In this document: one piece after another, positions 30,647 to 41,324 of the stretch
Position numbering within the stretch: the first letter of the stretch is position 1
Layout of the letters: each line of letters opens with the position of its first letter
Assembly: GCA_050124795.1 (NCBI GenBank)
Contig: JASFEO010000002.1
Location: 26,797-90,796, forward strand
Origin: Candidatus Pacearchaeota archaeon
Lineage (GTDB): Archaea > Nanobdellota > Nanobdellia > Pacearchaeales > GW2011-AR1
DNA: 64,000 nucleotides
Direction of reading: 5' to 3'
Position numbers and translations under genes: made by a program
The notes under the pieces: generated by a model
Told to the model about the DNA's origin: nothing
What the model saw: the letters and a program-made list of their open reading frames with translations, nothing else
Database searches by the model: none

Positions 30647-31429
30647 TTAATCATAAAAAGGATGTCTTAAATTTCCTTTATTATCTTTTTTTAACTTCCC
30701 AAGTACTAAATGTTCGCATTTGATGCTCGTGTCGCAATAAATTTTAAATCCCTTTTTTCTTGCTTCTTCACAAAAATAAATATCATCTGTGCTTTTTATT
30801 CCCGGAATTTCCAAGAGTCCATATTTAATTTTTTCAAAAACCCCTCGTTTAATTAACATGCACCCTGCAGAAGGGATTTTAACTTCTATGACTTTTTCGC
30901 TTTCTTCCTCTTCTCGGGTAAGATGGCGCCTTAAGTCTTCATGTGATTTTACAATTGAAGGGAGTTTAATTTTTTTTGATATGCTTTCAAAATCATCGGG
31001 GGTTATGCTTCTCCATGCAACAGGTCTTAGTTTTTGTTTGCAGTCAATAATAAAATAATTATAATACAGCCCGCTTATTATATCTTTATCATAACTTAAT
31101 AACTTTTTAAGAATATCTTTTGGCGGAATAACATCTGCATCCATCATTAAAATATAATCATAATTATTTTTTATCCCATATTCCAAAATTTTATTCCTGC
31201 TGCTAACCACTCTAAAACTATTTTTCTTTTCAGGAGTGTTATCTTTGATTAAGGTAATCCCTTTAATCTCTTTTAATTTATAAAAAAATTCATTTTTTAC
31301 TGAATTGTCTATTAGCAATATTTCATAATCTTCGTAATCAAATTCCTTTATTCTTTTTAGAAATTTTTCAATGCAATAATCCATTCTGTCATATACAGGA
31401 CAACCAACCAGAATTTTCTGAGTTTTCAT
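30647..31429 (-). CDS. family 2 glycosyltransferase
   Basis: 260 aa; GCPVYDRMDY, LLIDNS, MMDADVIPP DxD region. Confidence 0.7.
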   Translation of the reverse strand: MKTQKILVGCPVYDRMDYCIEKFLKRIKEFDYEDYEILLIDNSVKNEFFYKLKEIKGITLIKDNTPEKKNSFRVVSSRNKILEYGIKNNYDYILMMDADVIPPKDILKKLLSYDKDIISGLYYNYFIIDCKQKLRPVAWRSITPDDFESISKKIKLPSIVKSHEDLRRHLTREEEESEKVIEVKIPSAGCMLIKRGVFEKIKYGLLEIPGIKSTDDIYFCEEARKKGFKIYCDTSIKCEHLVLGKLKKDNKGNLRHPFYD

Positions 31430-31525
31430 TATCTCCTGAAAATAATATTTGTTTATATATTTTTTCTAGGGTTCTTACCAGAACTTAAAAAAATAAAAGA
31501 AAAAGAAAAAATAAAATTAATGAAT

Positions 31526-33889
31526 TTATGCAGTTGTAGTAACAAGAGTTGCACTTGTAGATGAAGTTCCCTTGTATTCTTTGCCTGTATCTACTGTTTG
31601 GGTAGTCAAGTATTTAGCAGCATTAACTGTATCTGCAGCTTCATAACCAGCAACAACTAAAGCAATCTTGCCAGTAGAGTATGCTCCACTAACACCTTTA
31701 ATCAGGAATTGTCCTGATCCTACTCCAGTTGCAGTTGTAAAGGCACTTCCACAAGTTCCTTGTGAAACACCCAATGCAGTCGCAGCAGCCGAATTAATGC
31801 AACTTCCACCAACAATAACTAAGTTCTTTGAACTTACACTGCTGACTTCAGTATCCTTAACAAGAACTTCTCCAAGTTGTGTGCCTGAACTAGTTGATCC
31901 ACTTGAACCAGCAGTAACAGTTGTACTAGGAGCAGTTACATAAACTTCCCCAAATGCTTCGTCGCCATGGTATGTAATCTGGAATTCATATTGGTCTCCG
32001 GATTTATCCCATAATAGTTCTGAGGCAAGAGCAGTATACTTGAAACTTCTCCATACTTTTGTACTTAGAATTTCATCAAAAGTAACTGATTCGTTTCCTA
32101 CATCACTTACATAAGCTTCTTTTGTAGAAGCAGAGTTCCAACCAAGTTGAGCAGTAATGTTCCCACCATCTCCGATATTACCATTCTTGTCTTCTTCACA
32201 GAAGATAAGATCATAAGTTGGTATATTATGCAAGGGTGTTGCTGTAAGATTCAAATAACCTGAACCTGCAGTAGCACTATCATAAGGTAGGAAAACTTCT
32301 AATCCTTCTTTTGAATAAAGAGTGTGGAAGTTTACACTTGTTCCACCTGTAATAGAAACTGTTTTTTGAGTTTTTTCAACTGTTCCAAGTGTTAGTTCTA
32401 CATTTCCTATTGAAGCGACATCATCAGGTTTTCCTTCTACCTTTACATCACTCCAAGAACCATCTTTTCTGTATTGGATTGTAGTTTTATTCACACTATT
32501 TTCTGTTTTGAAATTAGTTGCTCTCATTAAATAAGATTCTGCATTTGTTCCATCATTAAATGATGCTACAAAATAGTCATCTGTATCTCCATCAAAAACA
32601 ATAACATTTGACATGTTTGTTCTTAATTTATGAGTTGCATCTTTACCAATACCAGTCCAGTTCAAACTATCTCCATATAAAATAGCAATATCTTCAGTAC
32701 TATCTTTTAATGGAAAGTCCTCTAAGGTCATGTAAGTAGTTCCGCCATGTTTAACAGTAACCACTTCTTCAGTAGGATAAAGCATACCTGTAGTAGTTAA
32801 TTTAACTGCTTCAAAACCAGGCATTAAAACTTCACTATCTGGAGTCACGAATAAATCATCTTCTGCCTTCCATTCAATTACAATCGAACTAATTGTTGCA
32901 GGGTCTGCAGCGGTTGTAGTAATGAATGTTTTCATGTCAGAAATAGATTCATCATTTATCTCTATATCTGTATCATGTTTAAGGACTAATTTACCAGTTC
33001 CCACACTGAATTCAACAGTCTTTGTTCCTCCAGCGTAATCCTGAACATTAATTTCTTTAATTCCAACATAATCTCCGCCACTTAACTTCTGAGTTTCTGC
33101 AGCAGCTAAACTATTTGTTATTTCTCCGTCAACATTTAATTTAACTGAACTACTTCCAATAAAAGAGATAGAAACTTCGTGACCATTTACCGTAGCTGTT
33201 TCACCTTCTGATAAAGTAGTTGTTTGGGCAGAGTCAAGCAGGTTTATTGTAGTATTAGCTGTTGAACTTAATACGAAATATTCTTTTCCCATTAATTCAA
33301 TAGTTGTTGTATCAATATCATCCCATTCTGGCTCATCAGTAAAGTCAACTGTATAGTTTAATACATGAGCCGCGCTTGCGATTCTAATCCCGACTGTTGG
33401 TTCATCTGACTTATAATCATTGTCTTCAAACATTGCTAAAGTTAGATTAGCCATATCAATTTTCTGAGTATAGTCTTGTTCATCATTATCGCTATCAACA
33501 TATTTTCCATCTGCTAAAAGAACTGGAAGTCCGCTTCCAGGACTATCATCTGTAATTGCAGTTGCAACAATATCAGTTACTCCTTTACCTAATTGGAACT
33601 TTGTTGAAGATTTTTCTATCTTAACACTATCTCCTCCGCTTGTAGTTGATGTAGATGCACTGGTTCCGCCACCTAAGTAAGACTGCAAATTTGTCTGAAT
33701 GTTTCCTGCCTGGATTACATCAAGTGAAGAAACTCCTGAGCCAGTTCCATAAACAATAGCTACATTAGCGCTTCCTCCTGACACAAATGGTGCGGGATAA
33801 CTTGCAGCAGCAGCAAACCCAATAGTCGAAACAGCCATTAAACCACAACTTAAAACCGAAGTTATTTTTCTAAAGTTTAATTTTCTCAT
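31526..33889 (-). CDS. S-layer-like surface protein
   Basis: 787 aa; signal peptide ending AAAAS; YPAPFVSGGSANVAIVYG N-terminal motif; Thr/Ser/Gly-rich. Confidence 0.55.
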   Translation of the reverse strand: MRKLNFRKITSVLSCGLMAVSTIGFAAAASYPAPFVSGGSANVAIVYGTGSGVSSLDVIQAGNIQTNLQSYLGGGTSASTSTTSGGDSVKIEKSSTKFQLGKGVTDIVATAITDDSPGSGLPVLLADGKYVDSDNDEQDYTQKIDMANLTLAMFEDNDYKSDEPTVGIRIASAAHVLNYTVDFTDEPEWDDIDTTTIELMGKEYFVLSSTANTTINLLDSAQTTTLSEGETATVNGHEVSISFIGSSSVKLNVDGEITNSLAAAETQKLSGGDYVGIKEINVQDYAGGTKTVEFSVGTGKLVLKHDTDIEINDESISDMKTFITTTAADPATISSIVIEWKAEDDLFVTPDSEVLMPGFEAVKLTTTGMLYPTEEVVTVKHGGTTYMTLEDFPLKDSTEDIAILYGDSLNWTGIGKDATHKLRTNMSNVIVFDGDTDDYFVASFNDGTNAESYLMRATNFKTENSVNKTTIQYRKDGSWSDVKVEGKPDDVASIGNVELTLGTVEKTQKTVSITGGTSVNFHTLYSKEGLEVFLPYDSATAGSGYLNLTATPLHNIPTYDLIFCEEDKNGNIGDGGNITAQLGWNSASTKEAYVSDVGNESVTFDEILSTKVWRSFKYTALASELLWDKSGDQYEFQITYHGDEAFGEVYVTAPSTTVTAGSSGSTSSGTQLGEVLVKDTEVSSVSSKNLVIVGGSCINSAAATALGVSQGTCGSAFTTATGVGSGQFLIKGVSGAYSTGKIALVVAGYEAADTVNAAKYLTTQTVDTGKEYKGTSSTSATLVTTTA

Positions 33890-34340
33890 TTTTTAACCTC
33901 CTTTCAACTCTATTCAATTTGTGTTGTCTATGACAACAACCCCAACCAAATAGTCATAGGGTAAACCATTTTTCGTTGAGTGAATTTAATTACTGAAAAA
34001 TTTTTCATTTTCAGTTTTACTGTTCATTGTTTCCAATGAAATTCCCTATAGAACACCTTTAAGGTGTATTAGAAAAAACCTAATTTTCTTTAAAAACCTT
34101 ATTCTCTTCTTTTTCGGTTTAGGTTAGATATATACTCAAAATACTGGTTTTACTTATAAATGCTTCGTTATCACTTAATTATTAATACACTATTCTATTT
34201 TTCTATGTTTCCGGCGAAAACAAAAGATTTATTAATATATAGTTATTAAGTTTAATATATATTAAAGATTAACATATAACTATAAAATATATACTTAAGA
34301 TCTATAATTTAAAATAATAGATATATGAAATTTAATCAAA

Positions 34341-34694
34341 ATGGCAAAATCAAAAACACGGGAAATTACAATTAATACGTCGAGAGGAGGATTTTCTCTT
34401 TTTAAAAAATCTTCATCTTCAAAAAAAGATTATGATTTTTCAGGAGTCCTTGCATTAAGGCAGCTTTTGAGCAATGAAAAAGCAAGAATTTTGCATACAA
34501 TAAAAACTCAAAAACCAATATCAATTTATGGCTTGGCAAAAAAATTAAACAGAGGATTTAAATCAGTAAATGATGATATAAAACTCCTTAAAAGATTTGG
34601 ATTTATTGAACTTGTTGAAGAAAAAACTAAAAAAAGAATTAGACACAGACCAGAGATAATCGTAGACACAATGACAATTCATTTTAAAATCTAG
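34341..34694 (+). CDS. winged helix-turn-helix transcriptional regulator
   Basis: 117 aa; ARILHTIKTQKPISIYGLAKKLNRGFKSVNDDIKLLKRFGFIELVEE wHTH. Confidence 0.5.
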   Translation: MAKSKTREITINTSRGGFSLFKKSSSSKKDYDFSGVLALRQLLSNEKARILHTIKTQKPISIYGLAKKLNRGFKSVNDDIKLLKRFGFIELVEEKTKKRIRHRPEIIVDTMTIHFKI

Positions 34695-34749
34695 TCTGTC
34701 TAAAATTGATCTTCCGAAGGAATTTCGCAATGACAATTCATTTTAAAAT
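34669..34749. repeat. 22-bp perfect direct repeat (x2) at converging gene ends
   Basis: caatgacaattcattttaaaat at 34669-34690 and 34728-34749; copy 1 includes the last codons of the wHTH gene. Confidence 0.9.
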
Positions 34750-35274
34750 TTAATAATAAACATTAAAAATAATTTCAATATCCTCTTTTCCTAATTCCTG
34801 CAAGGAACTTTTATAATTATTTGTCGCATTCCCTTCACCAAATTCAAGCAAAATATCTCCTCTTGAAGAAATCTTTAAATTATACCCCTTTATCGGACTA
34901 TCTTCATAGACTTGCCAGGAATTTTCTATAATATTTTCCAAATCATCTTTCAAAATATCACATGTTTTTTGTTCATCAAGGCATTTCTCTTTTCTTTCAC
35001 AGGCAATAATCAGTTTTTCAATTGAATAATACTGCGGCTCATAACTATCTGCGCAATCTGTTGTATATTGCAAAAATGATTGAATAAAGCTCTCAATTTC
35101 ATAACTCTCAACATTTTCAAACTCTGGGTTCTTTAAAGAATACCCCAAAAATACTAATAACACAACCGCAACAATTATAATAATCAGCGCAAAACCAATC
35201 ATCTCTTCCTGCCCGGTTTTATTCTTTAACCAATTTCCAAAATTTCTCAATATTTTTTTAGATTTTTTTAGCAT
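34750..35274 (-). CDS. type IV pilin-like protein (class III signal peptide)
   Basis: 174 aa; KTGQEEMIGFALIIIIVAVVLLVF. Confidence 0.45.
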   Translation of the reverse strand: MLKKSKKILRNFGNWLKNKTGQEEMIGFALIIIIVAVVLLVFLGYSLKNPEFENVESYEIESFIQSFLQYTTDCADSYEPQYYSIEKLIIACERKEKCLDEQKTCDILKDDLENIIENSWQVYEDSPIKGYNLKISSRGDILLEFGEGNATNNYKSSLQELGKEDIEIIFNVYY

Positions 35275-35840
35275 TCTTCTCCATAATTATATTTTATCAT
35301 AATTTTTCCCACCTCGCATTTATCATAACTTCTTCCTTCATAAGTTTCCTTTCTGCACAAAGACACAAAATTTGAAACATAAACCCCTTCGCCTTCATCT
35401 TCACTTACCTTGATTACATTACAATCAGGATAATTTCCTCTGTCACACTCCCTGTCCTTGTCTTCAGGATAAATTTTTCTTATTTCAATATTTGTTACAT
35501 CCCAAAATCCTTTATATTCTTTCATGCTATCTTTCAAAATCAGGACTTTATCTGTGTCGATACAGTTCACCCTTGTGCCGCCAAATGCCTCTCCGCATGA
35601 AAACTCAGGAGAATTCGCAAGTTTTGTTGCAAGAAGCACAGCATTTTTCTCGCAAAGTTCTGTAGCAGATTTTTTTATTCCTGAAAACGAAATCACCAAA
35701 AGAAACATCCCCACAAGAACAAAAAACAAGGTCACAGCTATCAACATAAAAGTCATTTGTTGTATTTTCATTTGCCCCCTCTTTTTTTCTTTTTTCATTT
35801 TACCATAATTTGCAGCTTGCAAGATTATTTTCTCGTCCAA
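35268..35840 (-). CDS. type IV pilin-like protein
   Basis: 190 aa; KKRGQMKIQQMTFMLIAVTLFFVLV. Confidence 0.5.
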   Translation of the reverse strand: MDEKIILQAANYGKMKKEKKRGQMKIQQMTFMLIAVTLFFVLVGMFLLVISFSGIKKSATELCEKNAVLLATKLANSPEFSCGEAFGGTRVNCIDTDKVLILKDSMKEYKGFWDVTNIEIRKIYPEDKDRECDRGNYPDCNVIKVSEDEGEGVYVSNFVSLCRKETYEGRSYDKCEVGKIMIKYNYGEEC

Positions 35841-36726
35841 CCTCTTCAGAAATCATGCTAATAACCTTAAGCTCCTTTGAACTCTCAAGACCCTCGGCAA
35901 TTGTTGCAAGACTTAATAAATTTAAATTAGAATCACAATCCTTTTTTAAAACGAATTTAGACTTGCCCCCATATAAATTTGCAAGACTATTCAATCTTTT
36001 CATAAGCCTTTTTATCTGGCACTCATAAACCTCTTCTTCTGAAAATATCGCAGCATACATTAATGCGCCCCCGTAAAAATCAATTGTTCCATTATTTTTA
36101 AAAACCTGTTTTGTTGCAAGATTAACCTTTATGTCGCAGCTTCCTGAAAAACAAACCTTTATTGCATTTTTCGAACAATTCCCAACAAGCAAATTTGGCT
36201 GATTAAGAAATAAAAGTTCTTCCTCAATTTCCCCAGGCGAATTTAAAAAACAATACTCCTCCTCTGAAGAAGTGATAATAATTAAATCACTTACCTTAAA
36301 TGGCATGAAAAATGGTTTTGAAAACACATAAAATTTCTCCCCTTCTGTATACCCCTCTGAAAAAATATATTTATTTGAAAAACCAGGATTAATATTTGTT
36401 TCACTCCACTGATTAAAATTCTTTTGTGAAACTTTTATTATTTGCCTTCCAAATTCTCCGTTCGTGTTGCACAAATTATAAATTCTTGTCTCCGTAGGAA
36501 AACTCAGTGAATTTGTCTTGCCGGATTCAAAACCAGTCTCAAGAGGATTTAATAAAACTCCAATCTCCTTTCCTGTCTTAGCATCCTGAATTGTCTGCTC
36601 TGTTTTAATTAACTTTGTTGAAAGAAAAATAGCTAGGAACAAAATAACTGCTCCGACTAAAAGCGCAAAAAGCCATGCAAAAGAAATCTGCAAATAACCC
36701 CTTTTATTTCTAATCCTCTTTTTCAT
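35800..36726 (-). CDS. type IV pilin-like protein
   Basis: 308 aa; NKRGYLQISFAWLFALLVGAVILF. Confidence 0.45.
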   Translation of the reverse strand: MKKRIRNKRGYLQISFAWLFALLVGAVILFLAIFLSTKLIKTEQTIQDAKTGKEIGVLLNPLETGFESGKTNSLSFPTETRIYNLCNTNGEFGRQIIKVSQKNFNQWSETNINPGFSNKYIFSEGYTEGEKFYVFSKPFFMPFKVSDLIIITSSEEEYCFLNSPGEIEEELLFLNQPNLLVGNCSKNAIKVCFSGSCDIKVNLATKQVFKNNGTIDFYGGALMYAAIFSEEEVYECQIKRLMKRLNSLANLYGGKSKFVLKKDCDSNLNLLSLATIAEGLESSKELKVISMISEEVGRENNLASCKLW

Positions 36727-36780
36727 GTAATAATTAAATAAAAAAACTTTAAGAATGTTTTTATGGTTTGTTTTAAATTT

Positions 36781-37278
36781 TTATCTCTCAATAATAACTC
36801 CTTCCTCGCCATAATCTCTTTTTATTGTTAATATAACTTTCCCGTCAATATTCTCAATACAATAAGGATTTTCCTTCCTTGTGATGTTTTCTATATTAAT
36901 ATGTTTTATTTCAACTGCATTAAGACCTTGCGCAGAACCAATCGGATAAAAAATCAAATTCTCAAATTCATAATAAACCTGCCTTAATTTTATAAACAAA
37001 TCCTGATTATCTCCTCTTGAAGGCGCAGAAAAATCAATAAAACATGCAAGCTCAACTTTCCTCGGCAATTTATATCCGTCAGGATCCCTAAGAGAACCCG
37101 AGCCTCTCCAAATTTTATCAATATCATTTTCTAAATCTTCCTTAAATATCAATACCTTGCTTTGACTCTGGCTTTGAAGTAGAAGTTTAATCACGTAAAA
37201 TGCAAATGTCAAAAAAACAATTATTAAAATTATTGAAAAAATCATTCCAAAAGATAATTTCATTTGTCCTCTTTTCAT
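36781..37278 (-). CDS. type IV pilin-like protein
   Basis: 165 aa; MKRGQMKLSFGMIFSIILIIVFLTF. Confidence 0.5.
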   Translation of the reverse strand: MKRGQMKLSFGMIFSIILIIVFLTFAFYVIKLLLQSQSQSKVLIFKEDLENDIDKIWRGSGSLRDPDGYKLPRKVELACFIDFSAPSRGDNQDLFIKLRQVYYEFENLIFYPIGSAQGLNAVEIKHINIENITRKENPYCIENIDGKVILTIKRDYGEEGVIIER

Positions 37279-37317
37279 AAATAAAATAAATAATCAGGAC
37301 TTATAAATTTTAGTGAA

Positions 37318-38748
37318 TTAAAAATTTTTCTCACAAATATACTCCCCCCACGATGTTTGGTAAACGCACATATTATCTGAATCGCAAGACTCCTGTTCTT
37401 CAAAATTCCCTTGCATAGAATCTCTCATTAAATCTTCTAAATAATGCTCCATATACTCTTTATTAATTTTGCAGGTTACATCTTTTTCTATAGGTGAATC
37501 AACTCTGTGCAAAATACATTTTTCTGATTCAATACCTTTTATTTCCATAAAGGAAGTTAAAGTTATTGTCCCGTCTGTATCGGAGGACTGAACATTTCTT
37601 TCATATGAAACTTTCGCAAGCCTGCATTCAATTGCAAGATTTTTAAAACAATTAATATCTCCTTCACAATCAACAACCTCTTCTGCATACTCGCAATCTA
37701 TTTCCTTGTTTGGTTCATTATAAAATGTATCGCATGAATTTAAATCCCTGCATTCCCTTATTTTTTTTCTATTTACACAAAAACTCCAATTACCGCATGC
37801 CCAATCTTCAACACACTCTTCTTCATCTAAATCACACACTCTTTCTCTGTTTGGCTTACTTAATATACTCCCGCAATTATTTAAATCTTCACAATTTCTT
37901 GTTTGTTTGCCTTCAACACAAGAACTCCAATTTTCACACATCCAACTCTCAGTGCAATTAATTTCTTCATCACTAGAAGTGCAATTTCTAATCATCGCAG
38001 GTTTATCCTCGATTATCTCACAAGAATCAATAGCACTGCAATCTCTCATTTGAGTTCCGTCTATACAAGAACCCCAGTTTTCGCAAAACCATTTTCCAAC
38101 ACAAGTTGAATTATCTGTAAAATTAATTGGAACATTCACGGAGTTATTTACTAACCTCTCTAATTTATCCAAATTATCTGCAGTTGATGCATTCCGAATA
38201 TTTTTTTCTAACTCAGGTAAATCTTCTTCTGAAAATTTCTCTCTTGCTTTTTCAATAACACTATTTTTCCTTTCTTCAAACTTTTGTTTTTCCTCTTCAT
38301 AAATTCTTCTCATATAAACCTGCGGCACACCATTATTAATTCCAGCCAACTTAACAATAATGTCAGAAAGACCATCACTATTAATATCAACCCTTATCTC
38401 CTCTCCGATTTTTATATCCAATTCAATGGGCTCACTATGAATAACTAAACTAATTGAATCAAGGCCGACTGAATTTATTTTTATAAAATGCTCTTCATCA
38501 CCGACTGTAAACTCTGCTTGTTTGTTTTCCTTTAACTCAATTGTCGCGCCCTCCACAAAAGCAGTATCAGAAATTGTTTCATCAGATAAATTCACATAAA
38601 TAAAAATAACTAATCCAAAAATCAACAATGCAGGAATAATAAACATAAGCCAGATTTTCCAATTCGAACTCTTTTCAGGATAATCAGTATATCCATACTC
38701 CTCTTTTCCACCTTCATAATCATTCATCGGATAATAAATAAAATTCAT
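37318..38748 (-). CDS. membrane-anchored protein with three tandem Cys-rich repeats
   Basis: 476 aa; N-terminal TM; repeats CxxxWxCENW(S/G)SCxxGxQxRxCxxxxxC at three positions. Confidence 0.5.
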   Translation of the reverse strand: MNFIYYPMNDYEGGKEEYGYTDYPEKSSNWKIWLMFIIPALLIFGLVIFIYVNLSDETISDTAFVEGATIELKENKQAEFTVGDEEHFIKINSVGLDSISLVIHSEPIELDIKIGEEIRVDINSDGLSDIIVKLAGINNGVPQVYMRRIYEEEKQKFEERKNSVIEKAREKFSEEDLPELEKNIRNASTADNLDKLERLVNNSVNVPINFTDNSTCVGKWFCENWGSCIDGTQMRDCSAIDSCEIIEDKPAMIRNCTSSDEEINCTESWMCENWSSCVEGKQTRNCEDLNNCGSILSKPNRERVCDLDEEECVEDWACGNWSFCVNRKKIRECRDLNSCDTFYNEPNKEIDCEYAEEVVDCEGDINCFKNLAIECRLAKVSYERNVQSSDTDGTITLTSFMEIKGIESEKCILHRVDSPIEKDVTCKINKEYMEHYLEDLMRDSMQGNFEEQESCDSDNMCVYQTSWGEYICEKNF

Positions 38749-38788
38749 TATAAAAATATTTCTATAAATTTTATTTTAGAAAATTTTC

Positions 38789-40891
38789 TTAAAACGCCCG
38801 AACTTCGATACTGCAAACATTCGACGGCTGAGGAGAATTTCCATAATTGTCTTTGCATTTAATATAAAGATTTGTCTTTGTATTCCAGTCTGTAAAATGT
38901 TCAAGCCCTTCAGAAGTTGCCATTGTTGTTCCGTCGTCAAACAAATAACCGCAGTCAGTAGTGTCATAAACACATTCTGCTTCTTCATTAGTAATTATTT
39001 TTAAATACGGCTCATCATGATATGCTCTCACAATCAAAGGCGCATCATTATCTGACTCAACAATAAAATTAATTTCCTTTGTTTCTGAATTTCCTCCGAG
39101 GTCAATACACTTTATAAAATATTTATAATCCCCTGCTGACAGCCACAATTCCTGTGAGTGCTCATAAGAAATTGTATTATAAAACATTACATAATTCTCT
39201 TCATCATCAGAACTGTAAAAACATGTTGACTCTCCTTCCTTATACCCTGCAGAAGTCTTTGCCCTTAATGTCACCTTCACTGCCTCGCTTGAATCTTTTA
39301 TTGTTTCATTATCTGGTTCAACCTCGTCAATCACTAAAGGCTGTGTCCCAAGTAATATAAATTTGTAAGATTCTGTATTCACATTTCTATCGCTTGTTTC
39401 AAGTGGCTGATCCTTGCATCTAAAATAAAATTCATTTTCAAAATTATTTTTTAATCCTGTCAAAGTTGTCGAGCACGGATAAAGTGACTGCGAATTCATT
39501 TCTTGTACACTGCTTGAGCAGCTCATTTCATTTTCCATGTCATCATAACCTTGGTCTAAATGACTCCACTTGCATTCAGCAGGCTCATTAATATAGACTT
39601 CCAAATCAACTGAACTCTGATTATAACTAATTGGCATGCCGTTTATTAAACTTGTTCCGACGATTAAAGGCGGGGTTGTGTCAGGACCCTCTTCAACACA
39701 GAACTTAAAAACAAAATTCGCAATATTTACATTCCCGTTTGCATCCTGGCATCTTGTATATAATTCAAACTGGCCGTTATTATTCAAAGTAATATTTTCA
39801 TCTTCAAGATTGTCAGGCCCCGGAAGGCTCATTGCCTGAGTATGATTATACTTCAATAAAGAATCATCTCCAAAATAATATTCCATCTCATCAAACGAGT
39901 CCTTTCTTAAATAATCTATCTTGCATTTTGCAGGTTCATCAACAGTTATCCCGAATGTAAAAGGAGTAAATGCTTTTGCGCATCCCTCATCAGAATTCTG
40001 GTTTATAATTTTCACTCCTCTGTCTGGCGGAGAAATCGCATTATCAGGAGTATATTTATATCCGTCGAAAAGAACATCTGAATTTGGTCCTATAATTGGC
40101 GGGCCAACATCTTTTGGATTAACCCATATGCATTTTTCCTGTGTTGTTCCCGGATTTATTAATTCACATGCCTGCCCCAAACTTCTGCACTGATATTCTG
40201 AACAAGGCAAACTTTGCTCATTGCACTTTTCACAACTGCTCCCCCCTGTTGCAGCATCCCAAGGGTTACAATCATATGTAATAATTTTTTTCTTAATCTT
40301 TGAATAACTTAAAACATAAATAATAATTGCTACAGCAATTCCAATCCCAAGCGCCCATCCAGTGCTTAATCCAAGATTCCAGATTCCATTCGGACCAAAT
40401 AAAGTATATGCTCCTTTTCCAACAAAATATCCCCATGAGGCAGCTGTAGACGCAGCACTAACAACATTTGAATCAAGACCAAGAAATCCTCCGATTAATT
40501 GAACAATTCCATAAACCAAGACCGCGCGGTATGCTCCCTGAAGTATCCCTGATGCAGAATATCCCCAACCAGTTTGGGTTGTTCCTGGCCCAAAAAAATG
40601 TTCCCATGCTACTCCCGCATAACCATGTGTTGGAGTCCCACTTGAAGAAATCCCTTTTAAAATTTCATCATATCTTGCTTTTTCTTTAGGAGTTAAAGAA
40701 GAATAATCTTTTCTCGCTGCAGTTAGGGTTTCCTCGTTAATCGCACTAACAGATTTCACTTCACTTCCCACAATATAAGAAATACTAATTATATTAACAA
40801 CTAAAATAACTATCTGTAAAAATGATAATGCTCCTCTTTTATGCATAAGAAGAATTAAGAAATTATGTTTTATAAATATTTCATTTGTCAA
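38789..40891 (-). CDS. large pilin-like / adhesin protein with class III-like signal
   Basis: 700 aa; HKRGALSFLQIVILVVNIISISYIV; a central hydrophobic segment; Cys-rich C-terminal half. Confidence 0.45.
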   Translation of the reverse strand: MTNEIFIKHNFLILLMHKRGALSFLQIVILVVNIISISYIVGSEVKSVSAINEETLTAARKDYSSLTPKEKARYDEILKGISSSGTPTHGYAGVAWEHFFGPGTTQTGWGYSASGILQGAYRAVLVYGIVQLIGGFLGLDSNVVSAASTAASWGYFVGKGAYTLFGPNGIWNLGLSTGWALGIGIAVAIIIYVLSYSKIKKKIITYDCNPWDAATGGSSCEKCNEQSLPCSEYQCRSLGQACELINPGTTQEKCIWVNPKDVGPPIIGPNSDVLFDGYKYTPDNAISPPDRGVKIINQNSDEGCAKAFTPFTFGITVDEPAKCKIDYLRKDSFDEMEYYFGDDSLLKYNHTQAMSLPGPDNLEDENITLNNNGQFELYTRCQDANGNVNIANFVFKFCVEEGPDTTPPLIVGTSLINGMPISYNQSSVDLEVYINEPAECKWSHLDQGYDDMENEMSCSSSVQEMNSQSLYPCSTTLTGLKNNFENEFYFRCKDQPLETSDRNVNTESYKFILLGTQPLVIDEVEPDNETIKDSSEAVKVTLRAKTSAGYKEGESTCFYSSDDEENYVMFYNTISYEHSQELWLSAGDYKYFIKCIDLGGNSETKEINFIVESDNDAPLIVRAYHDEPYLKIITNEEAECVYDTTDCGYLFDDGTTMATSEGLEHFTDWNTKTNLYIKCKDNYGNSPQPSNVCSIEVRAF

Positions 40892-40911
40892 AAATTCTTA
40901 AAGAATAAAAA

Positions 40912-41265
40912 TTATTGTATAATCGGCTTTGCATTTCCATCTTTATCATAAATAATACATTCTTCTTTATCACAAACTTCCCATCCTGCTCCTTTGCCGG
41001 TAATAGTCCCTTCGTAATCTTGTTTAGCGCTTTCAAATGCTGCATCTATTTCTTTCTTTCCCATATGTATCTTAAGCTCGTTTTCTCGTTGATATCTGCC
41101 TGATTGCATAAAAGCAGGAGCATGGTCATAAAAGTCGTTTTCAACCCCCCTTACAATTTGCTCAAAACAACCATAACACATACTAACTGTTGGAATAACA
41201 ACTAATGCTGTTGTATTTCTTATTAGTTTACCTAAGCTTATTTTCATGCTTTTTCTAAGAATCAT
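40912..41265 (-). CDS. small secreted/membrane protein
   Basis: 117 aa; hydrophobic N-terminus. Confidence 0.3.
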   Translation of the reverse strand: MILRKSMKISLGKLIRNTTALVVIPTVSMCYGCFEQIVRGVENDFYDHAPAFMQSGRYQRENELKIHMGKKEIDAAFESAKQDYEGTITGKGAGWEVCDKEECIIYDKDGNAKPIIQ

Positions 41266-41324
41266 AAGTATTTAAACCTTTCGTTTTTGTTGTTATCCCA
41301 AAGGAGTGTCAAAAATTCTTACTT

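Noticed and set aside
33900-34340. 440-bp AT-rich intergenic region searched for ncRNA or CRISPR
   Set aside because: Only TATA-like runs between divergent genes. No repeats or structure noted.
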